Source: Actinomycetota bacterium
GTDB lineage: Bacteria; Actinomycetota; Actinomycetes; S36-B12; GCA-2699445
NCBI GenBank assembly: GCA_029978705.1
Contig: JAPOIY010000010.1
Coordinates: 13,335-77,334, forward strand
DNA: 64,000 nucleotides
Reading direction: 5' to 3'
Positions 25,544 to 34,788 of this stretch are shown one piece after another (the stretch's first letter is position 1; every line of letters starts with the position of its first letter). The position numbers were made by a program, and so were the translations under genes. The notes beneath the pieces were generated by a model. That model was not told the DNA's origin and searched no databases. It worked only from the letters and a program-made list of their open reading frames with translations.

Positions 25544-27187
25544 CTACGCCGGTTCCGGCGGCACGAGGACGCCCGGATTGAGCACGTCGTCGGGGTCGAC
25601 CAGCCCCTTGATGCCGCGCAGCAAAGCGACGCCGGTGGACCCGATCTCCGCGGCCAGCCAGGGCGCGTGGTCGCGGCCGACGGCGTGGTGGTGGGTGATC
25701 GTGGCGCCGGAGGCCGTGAGGGCGGCCATTGCGGCGGCCTTCGCTCCCGCCCACTGGGCCACCGGGTCGACGGCCGCGGGCGCGATGACGGTGAAGTACA
25801 GCGAGGCCCCCGTCTCGTACACATGCGAGATGTGCGACATGACGTACGGGTCGCGGCCATCGTGCCGCAAGGTTGCCGTGAGGGCCGCCGCCACGGCGTC
25901 GCGGACCCGGTGGAGGTCCGACCAGTGTCCGGCCGTCTCGAGGGTCTCGACGATGAAGCCGCGGTCCAGCAGCACGTCGCGCAGGTACGGCCCGTCGTAG
26001 CGGTGCCGCCGCCACGAGTTCCCGACCGAAGCGCCGAGGGTCGCGGGCTTGTGGTCCCTCATGACCGACCAGGCCGCGGCGCGCCGTGCGGACACCAGGC
26101 GCCGCGAGTATCCCTCCCACCCCAGGATCGCCAGACAGCCACCCGCGACGTTGCGCAGCGACAGGTACCGCTCGAACACGTCGCCGATCCGCCCCTGCGG
26201 TCCGGACATGGCCAACGTCGCCGTGGACTCGGGGACGTCGGACAGGCGCATGACGTCCGCAGTGGCGCGGTACTGCGCCAGGTCGCGGAACGCGGCGACC
26301 CCAGCCTCGTAGGACGGGAACATCACCCCCTCGTACCGCATCACGGTCGGCAGGTGCCGCACCCGCATGGTCACCTCGGTGATGACGCCGAAGGCGCCTT
26401 CGGACCCGATGAACAGTTGCCGCAGGTCGGGACCGGCAGCGGTGCGGGGGCCGCGGCCCAGGACCAGGTCCCCGACCGGGGTGACGATCCGCAGAGCCTC
26501 CACCATCTCGTCGCTGCGGCCGTACCCCGTGGAGGACTGCCCCGCCGAGCGGGTCGCGACGTACCCGCCGATCGTCGCCCGCTCCCACGACTGGGGGAGG
26601 TGACCCCACGTGAGACCCCGCGCCTGCAGGATGCGCTCCAGCACCGGTCCGGTGATCCCCGGCTGCACCGTGACGGTCATCGAGTCCTCGTCGACGTCGA
26701 GCACGTCGGCCATCCGGTCGAACGCCAGGGCGATCCGGGCGCCGTCGCCGGGCACCGTCACTCCCCCGACCACCGACGTACCGCCCCCGAACGGTACGAC
26801 CGCGAAGCCGGCGGTCGCCGCCAGCGCGAGCACGTCCCGCACCTGCTCCGACGAGGCGGGGCGTACGACGGCGTCCGGCACGGCCCGTGGGTCGAGGTCG
26901 CCCTGCCGCAGGTGCAGGTAGTCGGTCAGGGAGCAGCCCGCCGCGTGGCCCAGGCGCTCGGCCGGCCCCGTCGCGACGGCGTCGGCTCCGACGATGCCCG
27001 CGAGGGCGTCCTGCTGGGCGGCCGTGAGTCGGGAGTCGGGGACGGCGCCGTCCCCGACGGGGACGGGCGGCCGGGGCGGGGGGCTGCCGACGGCGTCCGC
27101 CAGGAACTGTTCGGCCGCCTCCGACAGGCCCACCGGCCGGGGCGGCGTACCCCACCGGGCGAACCGGGTTCCGGTCACCAGAGCCAT
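25544..27187 (-). CDS. FAD-linked oxidase, alkyl-dihydroxyacetonephosphate-synthase (AGPS)/glycolate-oxidase-like flavoenzyme
   Basis: 547 aa. FAD_binding_4 (PCMH-type) region VVPFGGGTSVVGG ... LFIGSEGAFGVITEVTMRV, and a C-terminal FAD-oxidase_C region ...TITHHHAVGRDHAPW. Good Shine-Dalgarno sequence (GAGGGAGGG). Confidence 0.8.
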   Translation of the reverse strand: MALVTGTRFARWGTPPRPVGLSEAAEQFLADAVGSPPPRPPVPVGDGAVPDSRLTAAQQDALAGIVGADAVATGPAERLGHAAGCSLTDYLHLRQGDLDPRAVPDAVVRPASSEQVRDVLALAATAGFAVVPFGGGTSVVGGVTVPGDGARIALAFDRMADVLDVDEDSMTVTVQPGITGPVLERILQARGLTWGHLPQSWERATIGGYVATRSAGQSSTGYGRSDEMVEALRIVTPVGDLVLGRGPRTAAGPDLRQLFIGSEGAFGVITEVTMRVRHLPTVMRYEGVMFPSYEAGVAAFRDLAQYRATADVMRLSDVPESTATLAMSGPQGRIGDVFERYLSLRNVAGGCLAILGWEGYSRRLVSARRAAAWSVMRDHKPATLGASVGNSWRRHRYDGPYLRDVLLDRGFIVETLETAGHWSDLHRVRDAVAAALTATLRHDGRDPYVMSHISHVYETGASLYFTVIAPAAVDPVAQWAGAKAAAMAALTASGATITHHHAVGRDHAPWLAAEIGSTGVALLRGIKGLVDPDDVLNPGVLVPPEPA

Positions 27188-27225
27188 GATCCCTCCCTCA
27201 TCCCGACGTCAGGGCGCCGGTGTTA

Positions 27226-27258
27226 CAGTGTGACATATGTCGTCTCAACGTCACACTG
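27226..27258. promoter_or_regulatory. Candidate TetR operator: perfect 9-bp inverted repeat bracketing the tetR start codon, with a nested 10-bp palindrome
   Basis: CAGTGTGAC (27226-27234), 15-nt spacer, GTCACACTG (27250-27258). GACATATGTC (27232-27241) is itself a perfect palindrome containing the ATG at 27237. A TACAGT (TANNNT) -10 at 27224-27229 would place the TSS at or next to the ATG, giving a leaderless mRNA. Confidence 0.5.
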
Positions 27259-27884
27259 ATGCCCCGCCGCCCCCGCTGGTGGCGGTGCCGGCCGTCGCAG
27301 ACGACCCGATCCTCGAGGCAGCCCGCCACGTGATCATGACGCGCGGGCCCCGCCGGGCCACCCTGACGGAGGTCGCCCGTCAGGCGGGGGTGAGCCGCAT
27401 GACCGTCTACCGGCGCTTCGAGTCGTTCGACCGGCTCATGTCGGCGCTGCTCACGCAGGAACTGGCGGGGATCCTCGGCGATATGCCCCAGCCTGAGGGA
27501 GAGACGGCCCGCTCCCGGGTTGTGGCTCTGGTCGTCGCCGGCACGGAGGCCATTGCCGACCACCCGCTGGTGCGACGGGTCCTGGCGGTAGACCCGGAGT
27601 ACCTCACGCCCCTGATGGTCAGCAGGTTCGGCCAGACCCAACGCTCCGCCGCAGACCTCCTCGCTCCGCTGCTGGCGGCGGGCATGGCCTCGCGTGGCGG
27701 GGACGGCAGTATCCGCGACGCCGACCCCGCGGCCCTGGCGCTCGCCGGCGTCGTGGCCGTGCAGTCGTTCATCTTCGCCGCACCCGCTCTCTCGGACCGG
27801 CCCGAGGGCCCGGAGGTGCGCCGGCAACTCCATCCCCTGATCAACGGGCTGCTGCGCCCGCTCACCGACGGAGACCCCTCATGA
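27237..27884 (+). CDS. TetR/AcrR family transcriptional regulator
   Basis: 215 aa. N-terminal HTH ILEAARHVIMTRGPRRATLTEVARQAGVSRMTVYRRF. No Shine-Dalgarno sequence upstream. The stop overlaps the glpD start by 4 nt. Confidence 0.85.
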   Translation: MSSQRHTDAPPPPLVAVPAVADDPILEAARHVIMTRGPRRATLTEVARQAGVSRMTVYRRFESFDRLMSALLTQELAGILGDMPQPEGETARSRVVALVVAGTEAIADHPLVRRVLAVDPEYLTPLMVSRFGQTQRSAADLLAPLLAAGMASRGGDGSIRDADPAALALAGVVAVQSFIFAAPALSDRPEGPEVRRQLHPLINGLLRPLTDGDPS

Positions 27885-29440
27885 TCCGCACCCACGCCGT
27901 CACCCACCTGCCCCCGCTGGACCCGGCGAGCCTGCTGACCGCGGAACGGCGTAGCCGCGACCTCGCCCACCTCGCCCGTCATCCCGTCGACGTCCTCGTG
28001 GTCGGGGGCGGGATCACGGGAGTGGGCGTGGCTCTCGACGCCGCGACGCGGGGCCTGACGGTGGCCCTGGTGGAGCAGGACGATCTCGCCAACGGCACGT
28101 CACGCTGGTCCAGCAAGCTGCTGCACGGCGGTCTGCGGTATCTCGCCCAGGGGGCGCCCGGCGTGGCCTGGGAGAGTGCCCTCGAGCGGGCGACGGTGGC
28201 CCAGCGGATGGCGCCGCACCTCATCCACCCGCTGGCCCAGGTGATCCCGGACCGCGTCGGGGACCGGCGCAGCGCGCGCCTGGCGCTGGTGGGCCAGAAG
28301 GCGGGCGACCTGCTGCGTGCCGCAGCCGGGACGCCGCTTTCCCTGTTGCCGCGCGCCCGCCACGTGGATGCCGCGACTGCCACCCAACTGGTGCCCGGGC
28401 TGCGGCAGGAGGGCCTGTTGGGCGCCGCCGTCGGCTGGGACTGCCAGCTGATCGACGACGCCCGGCTCGTCGTCGCAGTCGCCCGAACGGCAGCGGCGTA
28501 CGGCGCCCGCGTGCTGACCCGGGTACGGGTGACGGGCGTCGACCCCGCGACGGGAGAGGTCATCGCGACCGACGATCTGGCCGGGGGTGCTCCGGTACGG
28601 CTGCGCGCCGGGACGGTCGTCAACGCGACCGGTGTCTGGGCCGACGGCCTCGACCCCACCATCACGCTGCACCCCTCGCTGGGCACCCATGTGGTGGTGC
28701 CCACCCACCTGGTCGGCGGGGGTCGGGGATCGCTGACGGTGCCCGTGCCCGACACGGTCGGGCGGTTCGTGCTGTCACTGCCGCAGCCCGGGGGCATCAG
28801 TTACGTGGGACTCACCGACCACGAGATGACGACCCGTTCCTACGCGGAGCCCGACGTCCCCCCGGACGATGTCGCGTGGATCCTCGCCACCCTCTCGCTG
28901 GCCCTCGAACGCCCGGTCACGCCAGCTGACGCTCTGGGCTCCTTCGCCGGAGTGCGCCCCCTCGTGCAGGACGACAGCACCGCCGCCTCTCCCGACATCT
29001 CCCGGCGCCACCTGGTGCGGCGCACCGACCGCCTGGTCACGGTCACCGGGGGCAAACTGACGACCTTCCGGCGTATGGCCGAAGATGTGGTGGACCTGCT
29101 GACCGATGTCCCGTGCCGGACCCGGGACATCGCCCTGGTGGGCGCGGGACCGCACGAGGACCGGCCCGACGTGCCCCCCGTGCTGTGGCGCCGCTACGGC
29201 AACGAGGCCCCGACCGTGTGGGACCTCGGCGAGTACCGGCCCGAACTGCGCGACCCCCTCGTGCCGGGAACGAGCCACTACGGGGTCGAGGCCGCGTTCG
29301 CGGTGGCGGCGGAGGGCGCCCTGGACGTGGCCGACATCGTGGCCCGCCGCACCCGGCTGGCGCTGCTGGACGCGGCCCGCGAACCGGCTGCGGCCGCGGT
29401 GGCTGCCCTGGTGGGCGACCGGCTGGTCACGCCCGCCTGA
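27881..29440 (+). CDS. glpD: FAD-dependent glycerol-3-phosphate dehydrogenase/oxidase
   Basis: 519 aa. Dinucleotide fold DVLVVGGGITGVGVALDAATRGL, then GTSRWSSKLLHGGLRYL, and a GlpD-type C-terminal helical domain. Confidence 0.85.
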   Translation: MIRTHAVTHLPPLDPASLLTAERRSRDLAHLARHPVDVLVVGGGITGVGVALDAATRGLTVALVEQDDLANGTSRWSSKLLHGGLRYLAQGAPGVAWESALERATVAQRMAPHLIHPLAQVIPDRVGDRRSARLALVGQKAGDLLRAAAGTPLSLLPRARHVDAATATQLVPGLRQEGLLGAAVGWDCQLIDDARLVVAVARTAAAYGARVLTRVRVTGVDPATGEVIATDDLAGGAPVRLRAGTVVNATGVWADGLDPTITLHPSLGTHVVVPTHLVGGGRGSLTVPVPDTVGRFVLSLPQPGGISYVGLTDHEMTTRSYAEPDVPPDDVAWILATLSLALERPVTPADALGSFAGVRPLVQDDSTAASPDISRRHLVRRTDRLVTVTGGKLTTFRRMAEDVVDLLTDVPCRTRDIALVGAGPHEDRPDVPPVLWRRYGNEAPTVWDLGEYRPELRDPLVPGTSHYGVEAAFAVAAEGALDVADIVARRTRLALLDAAREPAAAAVAALVGDRLVTPA

Positions 29441-29443
29441 TCC

Positions 29444-29842
29444 CTACTGCTGCGTCGCCCGGAACCGGTAGGCGGACTCCCGCATGGCCGCGCGGGCCCG
29501 CCGCCGGTCCCCCGCCCTCTCGTATGCCAGGCCCAGTTCGAACCAGCGCGCCCAGCTGTCCGGCTCCTGTTCGAGCGCGGCCAGACAGTCCTCGTAGGTG
29601 AACCCCTGCGGGTCGAGACCGTACTGCTGCCAGGCGGCGGCCACCCGCTGCATCGTGTACCCGAACCGCATCTCGCGCCACAGCACCCAGGCACCCAGAA
29701 GGGGGAACGCGAGGATGGCCAGCCCGAGCGCGACCCCCACGGCGTCGCCGGTACCGATGAACCGCAGCGCCAGTTGCCCCAGCACCACCAGGTACACCGC
29801 GACCGCGACGGCCATGATCCAGGCCAGCGCCCGGGGGTTCAC
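29444..29842 (-). CDS. Small conserved membrane protein (2 TM plus a TPR-like helical tail), function unknown
   Basis: GTG at 29842 overlaps the dapB stop as GTGA. This is the last 132 aa of ORF 29444..30658: VNPRALAWIMAVAVAVYLVVLGQL...LAILAFPLLGAWVLW...WFELGLAYERAGDRRRARAAMRES. The remainder of the tracked ORF is antisense-frame junk across dapB. Confidence 0.55.
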   Translation of the reverse strand: MNPRALAWIMAVAVAVYLVVLGQLALRFIGTGDAVGVALGLAILAFPLLGAWVLWREMRFGYTMQRVAAAWQQYGLDPQGFTYEDCLAALEQEPDSWARWFELGLAYERAGDRRRARAAMRESAYRFRATQQ

Positions 29843-30597
29843 GCGCTGGAGTCCAGCAGGTCGTCGATGCCCACCGTGAGGCCGGGTCGCGTGCGCACGC
29901 CGCGGATCGCCAGGAGCACGCCGGGCATGAACGACTCCCGGTCCAGGGAGTCGTGGCGGATGGTCAACGTCTCGCCCGGGGACCCGAACAGGACCTCCTG
30001 ATGCGCCGTCAGGCCACGCAGCCGGACCGCGTGCACGGGTACGCCCGCGATCTCGTCGCCGCGAGCCGTCCGGTCGCCGGGTCCGGTGGCGTCGGGGGCC
30101 CGGGGCACCCCGGCCGCCGTCCGGGCAGCCGCAACCGCAGCTGCCGTCTGGCGGGCGGTGCCCGAGGGTGCATCCACTTTGTCGGGGTGGTGCAGTTCGA
30201 CGATCTCGACGGACTCGAAGAAGGGCGCCGCCTTGGCGGCGAACTGCATCATGAGGACCGCCCCGATGCCGAAGTTGGGGGCGACGAGGACCCCCACGTC
30301 CGGATCGTCGCCGAGGAGGGTACGGACCTGGTCGAGGCGTTCGGGGGTGAAACCACTGGTGCCGACCACGACGTCGATCCCCGCGCGGGCGCAGGCGGCA
30401 ATGTTGTCCATGACGCTGTCCGGGACGGTGAAGTCGACGACGACCTCGGCCCTGGAGCCGGACAGGCGCGCCGGGTCGTCCCCCACATCCAGAGCGGCCA
30501 CGAGCTCCAGGTCGGGAGCGGCCGTGACCGCCTGGCACACCTGTGTGCCCATGCGACCGCGGGCCCCCAGCACTGCCACCCTGATCGGCTCCGTCAT
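29839..30597 (-). CDS. dapB: 4-hydroxy-tetrahydrodipicolinate reductase
   Basis: 252 aa. N-terminal IRVAVLGARGRMG and the central ELHHPDKVDAPSGTA motif. Confidence 0.95.
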   Translation of the reverse strand: MTEPIRVAVLGARGRMGTQVCQAVTAAPDLELVAALDVGDDPARLSGSRAEVVVDFTVPDSVMDNIAACARAGIDVVVGTSGFTPERLDQVRTLLGDDPDVGVLVAPNFGIGAVLMMQFAAKAAPFFESVEIVELHHPDKVDAPSGTARQTAAAVAAARTAAGVPRAPDATGPGDRTARGDEIAGVPVHAVRLRGLTAHQEVLFGSPGETLTIRHDSLDRESFMPGVLLAIRGVRTRPGLTVGIDDLLDSSA

Positions 30598-31964
30598 GCG
30601 ACCCTCCTGTTCGTCGCCGCGGCCATCGCCCGCCGCACCCCGCGGGTCCGGGGGGCACCGACCGCGCAGACCTGACGGGGCTGGTGTAGTAGGCGCTGAG
30701 CGGTCTCGGCCACGTCCTGCGGGGTGACGGCCGCCACCCGCGCCAGCGCCTCAGGCAGACTGTAGAGCTCGCCGGTGGCGACCTCGGCCCGACCCAGCGA
30801 CGTCATCCGCGCCGCGGTGTCCTCACCGGCCATGGCGAAACTGCCGGCCAGATGGCCCTTGGCGCGCTCCACCTCGTCGTCGCTCACCCCGTCGTCGCGC
30901 ACCCGCGCCAGTTCCGCGTCGACGAGGTCGAAGACCTCCGCGGCCCGTTCCGGCTGGCACCCCGCGGCCACACTCCAGACCCCGGCGTCGGAGTAGGCGG
31001 CGTGCCCGGAGAACACCGAATAGGCCAGACCCCGCTCCTCGCGCACCGATTGGAACAGGCGCGACGACATACCTCCGCCGATGATCGTGTTGAGTACGTC
31101 GAGGGAGCGGCGCTGCGGGTCGGGGCGGGGCAGGCCGGCGGGGGCCAGCGCCACGGTGCACTGCTCGCCCGACCACGGCAGCGACACCGTCCCACCGGAG
31201 TGCGCCGCCCGGCGCCCGGCGCGCCGCTGCGGCAGAGCCGCGGGAGTGACGCCGGTCGGCCAGTCCAGGTCGCGGGTGGCCCGCCGCACCAGACGTACGA
31301 GCGTGCGGTGGTCGACGTTGCCGGCGGCGGTGACGGCCAACCGCTCCGGCCGGTAGTGCCGGCCGAAGAAGGACCGGATGGTGCGCCGCGTCATGCCCTG
31401 GATCGACTCGCGGGTGCCCAGGATGGGCAGTGCGAGAGGCGAGCCGGCGAGGACGATGCCGTCGAGCGCCTCGCCCGCGCGGTCCATCGGATCGTCGTCG
31501 TGCATGGCGATCTCCTCCAGGACCACCGAACGCTCAGCGTCGATGTCGGAGGCGCGTAGCGCGGGGCGACCGATGATGTCCATGATCACGGACACGGCGA
31601 CGGGGAGGTCGTCGCCGAGGACCTTGGCGTAGAAGCACGTGGCCTCCTTGCCGGTGAAGGCGTTCATCTGCCCGCCCACGGCGTCGACCGCGGCAGCGAT
31701 CTGCAGCGCCGAACGGTCCTCGGTCCCCTTGAACAGCAGGTGCTCCAGGAAATGGGCCGCCCCGGCGCTGGCTGGGGTCTCGTCGCGAGACCCGACCCCA
31801 GCCCACACGCCGAGCGTCACCGAGTGGGCGCCGGGAATGCTCTCCGACACGACCCGCAGGCCGTTCGGCAGCACCGTGCGGCGCACCGCCGACCCGTCAT
31901 CCTCGCGCAGCAGCAGCCGGGTGGTCCCGGCCGACTGCTCACACGCGGGGAAGAACGCCGGCAT
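30594..31964 (-). CDS. pepR: M16 (pitrilysin/insulinase) family zinc peptidase
   Basis: 456 aa. Inverted zinc motif HFLEHLLFKGT (HxxEH). It sits immediately downstream of pnp (1-nt gap), as pepR does in mycobacteria. Confidence 0.85.
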   Translation of the reverse strand: MPAFFPACEQSAGTTRLLLREDDGSAVRRTVLPNGLRVVSESIPGAHSVTLGVWAGVGSRDETPASAGAAHFLEHLLFKGTEDRSALQIAAAVDAVGGQMNAFTGKEATCFYAKVLGDDLPVAVSVIMDIIGRPALRASDIDAERSVVLEEIAMHDDDPMDRAGEALDGIVLAGSPLALPILGTRESIQGMTRRTIRSFFGRHYRPERLAVTAAGNVDHRTLVRLVRRATRDLDWPTGVTPAALPQRRAGRRAAHSGGTVSLPWSGEQCTVALAPAGLPRPDPQRRSLDVLNTIIGGGMSSRLFQSVREERGLAYSVFSGHAAYSDAGVWSVAAGCQPERAAEVFDLVDAELARVRDDGVSDDEVERAKGHLAGSFAMAGEDTAARMTSLGRAEVATGELYSLPEALARVAAVTPQDVAETAQRLLHQPRQVCAVGAPRTRGVRRAMAAATNRRVA

Positions 31965-31965
31965 G

Positions 31966-34176
31966 TCAGGCGTCGGTACCCTCGTCCGGCGCCGAGTCGT
32001 CGTCGAGGACGGGGATCAGCGACAGCTTGCCGCGCTGGTCAACTTCCTTGATCTCCACCTGGACCTTCTGACCGATCTGCAGCACGTCCTCGACAGCGTC
32101 GATCCGCTTGCCGCCGACGAGCTTGCGCACCTCGGAGATGTGCAGCAGGCCGTCCTTGCCGGGCATCAGCGAGACGAAGGCCCCGAAGGACGTCGTCTTC
32201 ACGACGGTGCCCAGGTACCGCTCCCCCGGCTCCGGCATGGAGGGGTTGGCGATGGCGTTGATCTGGCTGCGCGCCTCCTCGGCGGCCGTGCCGCCGGCAG
32301 CGCCGATGTAGATCGTGCCGTCGTCCTCGATGGTGATGTCGGCGCCGGTGTCCTCCTGGATCTGGTTGATGATCTTGCCCTTGGGCCCGATCACCTCACC
32401 GATCTTGTCCACGGGGATCTGGACCGTGATGATGCGCGGGGCGTGCTCGCTCATCTCGTCGGGCGAGTCGATCGCCTCGGCCATCACATCGAGGATCGTG
32501 AGCCGGGCATCCCGCGCCTGGGACAGAGCCGCAGCCAGGACACTGGCGGGGATGCCGTCCAGCTTGGTGTCCAACTGCAGGGCGGTCACGAAGTCGCGCG
32601 TGCCGGCCACCTTGAAGTCCATGTCGCCGTAGGCGTCCTCGGCTCCGAGGATGTCGGTCAGCGCCACGTACTCGGTGTCTCCGTCCACGGTGTCGGAGAT
32701 CAGGCCCATGGCGATGCCCGCCACGGGGTCCTTCAGCGGCACGCCCGCGTCCAGCAGCGACAACGTCGATGCGCACACGGAGCCCATGGAGGTCGAGCCG
32801 TTCGAGCTGATCGCCTCGGACACCTGCCGGATGGCGTAGGGGAACTCCTCGCGGGTCGGCAGCACCGGGATGAGCGCCCGCTCCGCCAGCGCCCCATGGC
32901 CGATCTCGCGGCGCTTCGGGGAGCCGACGCGGCCGGTCTCGCCGGTGGAGTAGGGCGGGAAGTTGTAGTTGTGCATGTACCGCTTGCGGGTGATCGGGTT
33001 CAGCGTGTCGAGCTGCTGCTCCATCCGCAGCATGTTGAGGGTGGTGACGCCCAGGATCTGGGTCTCACCGCGCTCGAACAGCGCACTGCCGTGGGCCCGC
33101 GGGACGACCTCGATCTCGGCGCTCAGCTGCCGGATGTCGGTCAGCCCACGCCCGTCGATGCGGACCTTGTCCCGCAGCACCCGCTGGCGCACCAGCTGCT
33201 TGGTCGCCGACCGCAGCGCCGCCTTGATCTCGCCGTCCCGCTCGGGGAACTGCTCCTCGAGGGCGGCCATCGTGGCCGCGCTGATCCGGTCGAGCTCGTC
33301 GTTGCGCTCGGTCTTGTCCGCGATGGTCAGGGCCTGCGCCAGGGCGGCGGACGCCTCGGTCTCGACCGCGGCCAGCACCTCGGGGGCGTACTCGGGGAAC
33401 ACGGGGAACTCGGCGGTGTCCTTCGCCGCCTGTCCGGCCAGGTCCGACTGGGCGTCGCACAGGACGCGGATGAACGGCTTGGCCGCCTCCAGCCCTTGGG
33501 CGACGACCTCTTCGGTCGGCGCCGTGCCGCCGCCCGCCACCAGGTCGATGGTGGCGTCCGTGGCCTCGGCCTCGACCATCATGATGGCGACGTCGTCACC
33601 GACGACCCGGCCGGCGACGACCATGTCGAAGGTGGCCTCCTCCAGCTGGGAGTGCGTGGGGAAGGCGACCCACTGACCCTGGATGAGGGCCACCCGCACG
33701 CCTCCGATGGGGCCACTGAAAGGCAGTCCGGCGAGCATGGTGGACATCGACGCCGCGTTGATGGCGACGACGTCGTACGGGACGCCCGGGTGCAGCGACA
33801 GAATGGTCACGACGACCTGAACCTCGTTGCGCAGGCCCTTCACGAAGGACGGCCGCAGCGGGCGGTCGATGAGGCGGCACGTGAGGATGGCGTCCTCGCT
33901 GGGACGGCCCTCCCGCCGGAAGAACGATCCGGGGATCTTGCCGATGGAGTACATGCGCTCCTCGACGTCCACCGTGAGGGGGAAGAAGTCGAAGTGCTCC
34001 TTGGGATTCTTCGACGCGGTCGTGGTGGCGAGCAGCATGCTGTCGTCGTCGAAGTACACGGCGGCGGAACCGCCGGCCTGCTTGGCCAGCCGTCCCGTCT
34101 CGAAGGTGATGGTGTGTGTGCCGAACTCACCGTTGTCGATGACGGCGCTGGCGGTCTGGACTGCGGAACCCTCCAC
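31966..34176 (-). CDS. pnp: Polyribonucleotide nucleotidyltransferase (PNPase / GPSI)
   Basis: ORF 31966..34200. Two RNase PH domains plus KH and S1 domains (…[16 protein letters not shown]…, …[20 protein letters not shown]…). I prefer the GTG at 34176 ([10 protein letters not shown]...) because AGGAGG lies 4 nt upstream of it. Confidence 0.97.
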   Translation of the reverse strand: MEGSAVQTASAVIDNGEFGTHTITFETGRLAKQAGGSAAVYFDDDSMLLATTTASKNPKEHFDFFPLTVDVEERMYSIGKIPGSFFRREGRPSEDAILTCRLIDRPLRPSFVKGLRNEVQVVVTILSLHPGVPYDVVAINAASMSTMLAGLPFSGPIGGVRVALIQGQWVAFPTHSQLEEATFDMVVAGRVVGDDVAIMMVEAEATDATIDLVAGGGTAPTEEVVAQGLEAAKPFIRVLCDAQSDLAGQAAKDTAEFPVFPEYAPEVLAAVETEASAALAQALTIADKTERNDELDRISAATMAALEEQFPERDGEIKAALRSATKQLVRQRVLRDKVRIDGRGLTDIRQLSAEIEVVPRAHGSALFERGETQILGVTTLNMLRMEQQLDTLNPITRKRYMHNYNFPPYSTGETGRVGSPKRREIGHGALAERALIPVLPTREEFPYAIRQVSEAISSNGSTSMGSVCASTLSLLDAGVPLKDPVAGIAMGLISDTVDGDTEYVALTDILGAEDAYGDMDFKVAGTRDFVTALQLDTKLDGIPASVLAAALSQARDARLTILDVMAEAIDSPDEMSEHAPRIITVQIPVDKIGEVIGPKGKIINQIQEDTGADITIEDDGTIYIGAAGGTAAEEARSQINAIANPSMPEPGERYLGTVVKTTSFGAFVSLMPGKDGLLHISEVRKLVGGKRIDAVEDVLQIGQKVQVEIKEVDQRGKLSLIPVLDDDSAPDEGTDA

Positions 34177-34260
34177 GGGTCCTCCTGTTCTGTTGCCCAC
34201 ACCGGTACGTGACCTTCATGCGGTCATCGATCGAGGGAGTCGGGGCGTTGTCCCGGCTTC

Positions 34261-34299
34261 CACCACCGAGGACCGCCGGGCGGTCACGCCGATGTGGTG
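34261..34299 (-). promoter_or_regulatory. Long irregular hairpin in the rpsO-pnp intergenic leader (candidate pnp autoregulatory/RNase III-type leader structure)
   Basis: The minus-strand RNA reads CACCAC-AUCGGCGU-GACCGC-CCG-GCGGUC-CUCG-GUGGUG. A 6-bp outer stem and a 6-bp inner stem are separated by an internal loop. It lies 85 nt upstream of the pnp start. Confidence 0.4.
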
Positions 34300-34334
34300 A
34301 TTGGCGGTTTATTCGGTTGTCCGGTCGGCTTCCC

Positions 34335-34353
34335 GATCCGGTCGCGCCGGATC
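34335..34353 (-). terminator. Hairpin immediately after the rpsO stop (partial terminator/attenuator candidate)
   Basis: GAUCCGG-CGCGA-CCGGAUC: a perfect 7-bp stem with a 5-nt loop, starting 2 nt after the rpsO stop codon. No U-tract. Confidence 0.45.
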
Positions 34354-34355
34354 CG

Positions 34356-34625
34356 TCAGCGACGGATTCCCAGGCGCTCGATGAGGGCGCGGTAGCGCTG
34401 GATGTCGCAATCGGCGAGGTAATTCAGCAGACGGCGGCGCTGGCCCACCATGAGCAGCAGCCCCCGCCGACTGTGGTGGTCGTGTTTGTGCTCCTTGAGG
34501 TGTTCGGTGAGGTCGGAGATGCGCCGCGTCAGCAGCGCGACCTGCACCTCCGGGCTGCCGGTGTCCCCGGGATGCGTGGCGTATTCCTCGATGATCGTCT
34601 GCTTGACGTCAGGAGCGAGTGGCAT
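34356..34625 (-). CDS. rpsO: 30S ribosomal protein S15
   Basis: ATG at 34625 (residue 17 of ORF 34356..34673), preceded by GGAGGAAATC. The 89-aa protein reads [57 protein letters not shown]... Confidence 0.97.
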   Translation of the reverse strand: MPLAPDVKQTIIEEYATHPGDTGSPEVQVALLTRRISDLTEHLKEHKHDHHSRRGLLLMVGQRRRLLNYLADCDIQRYRALIERLGIRR

Positions 34626-34788
34626 GATTTCCTCCGGGCGCGTTGGTCCCGCAACGGCGGGAGTGATGGACACGAGTCTCAGGGCGCCCGCCCCGGGACC
34701 GTCCCCCCCAGACTAGCCGACGAAGGAGCGCACCCCAAACGCCGCTCGTTCACTACAGTCGGGGCTGCGGAGATCCGAGGGAGGTGCG

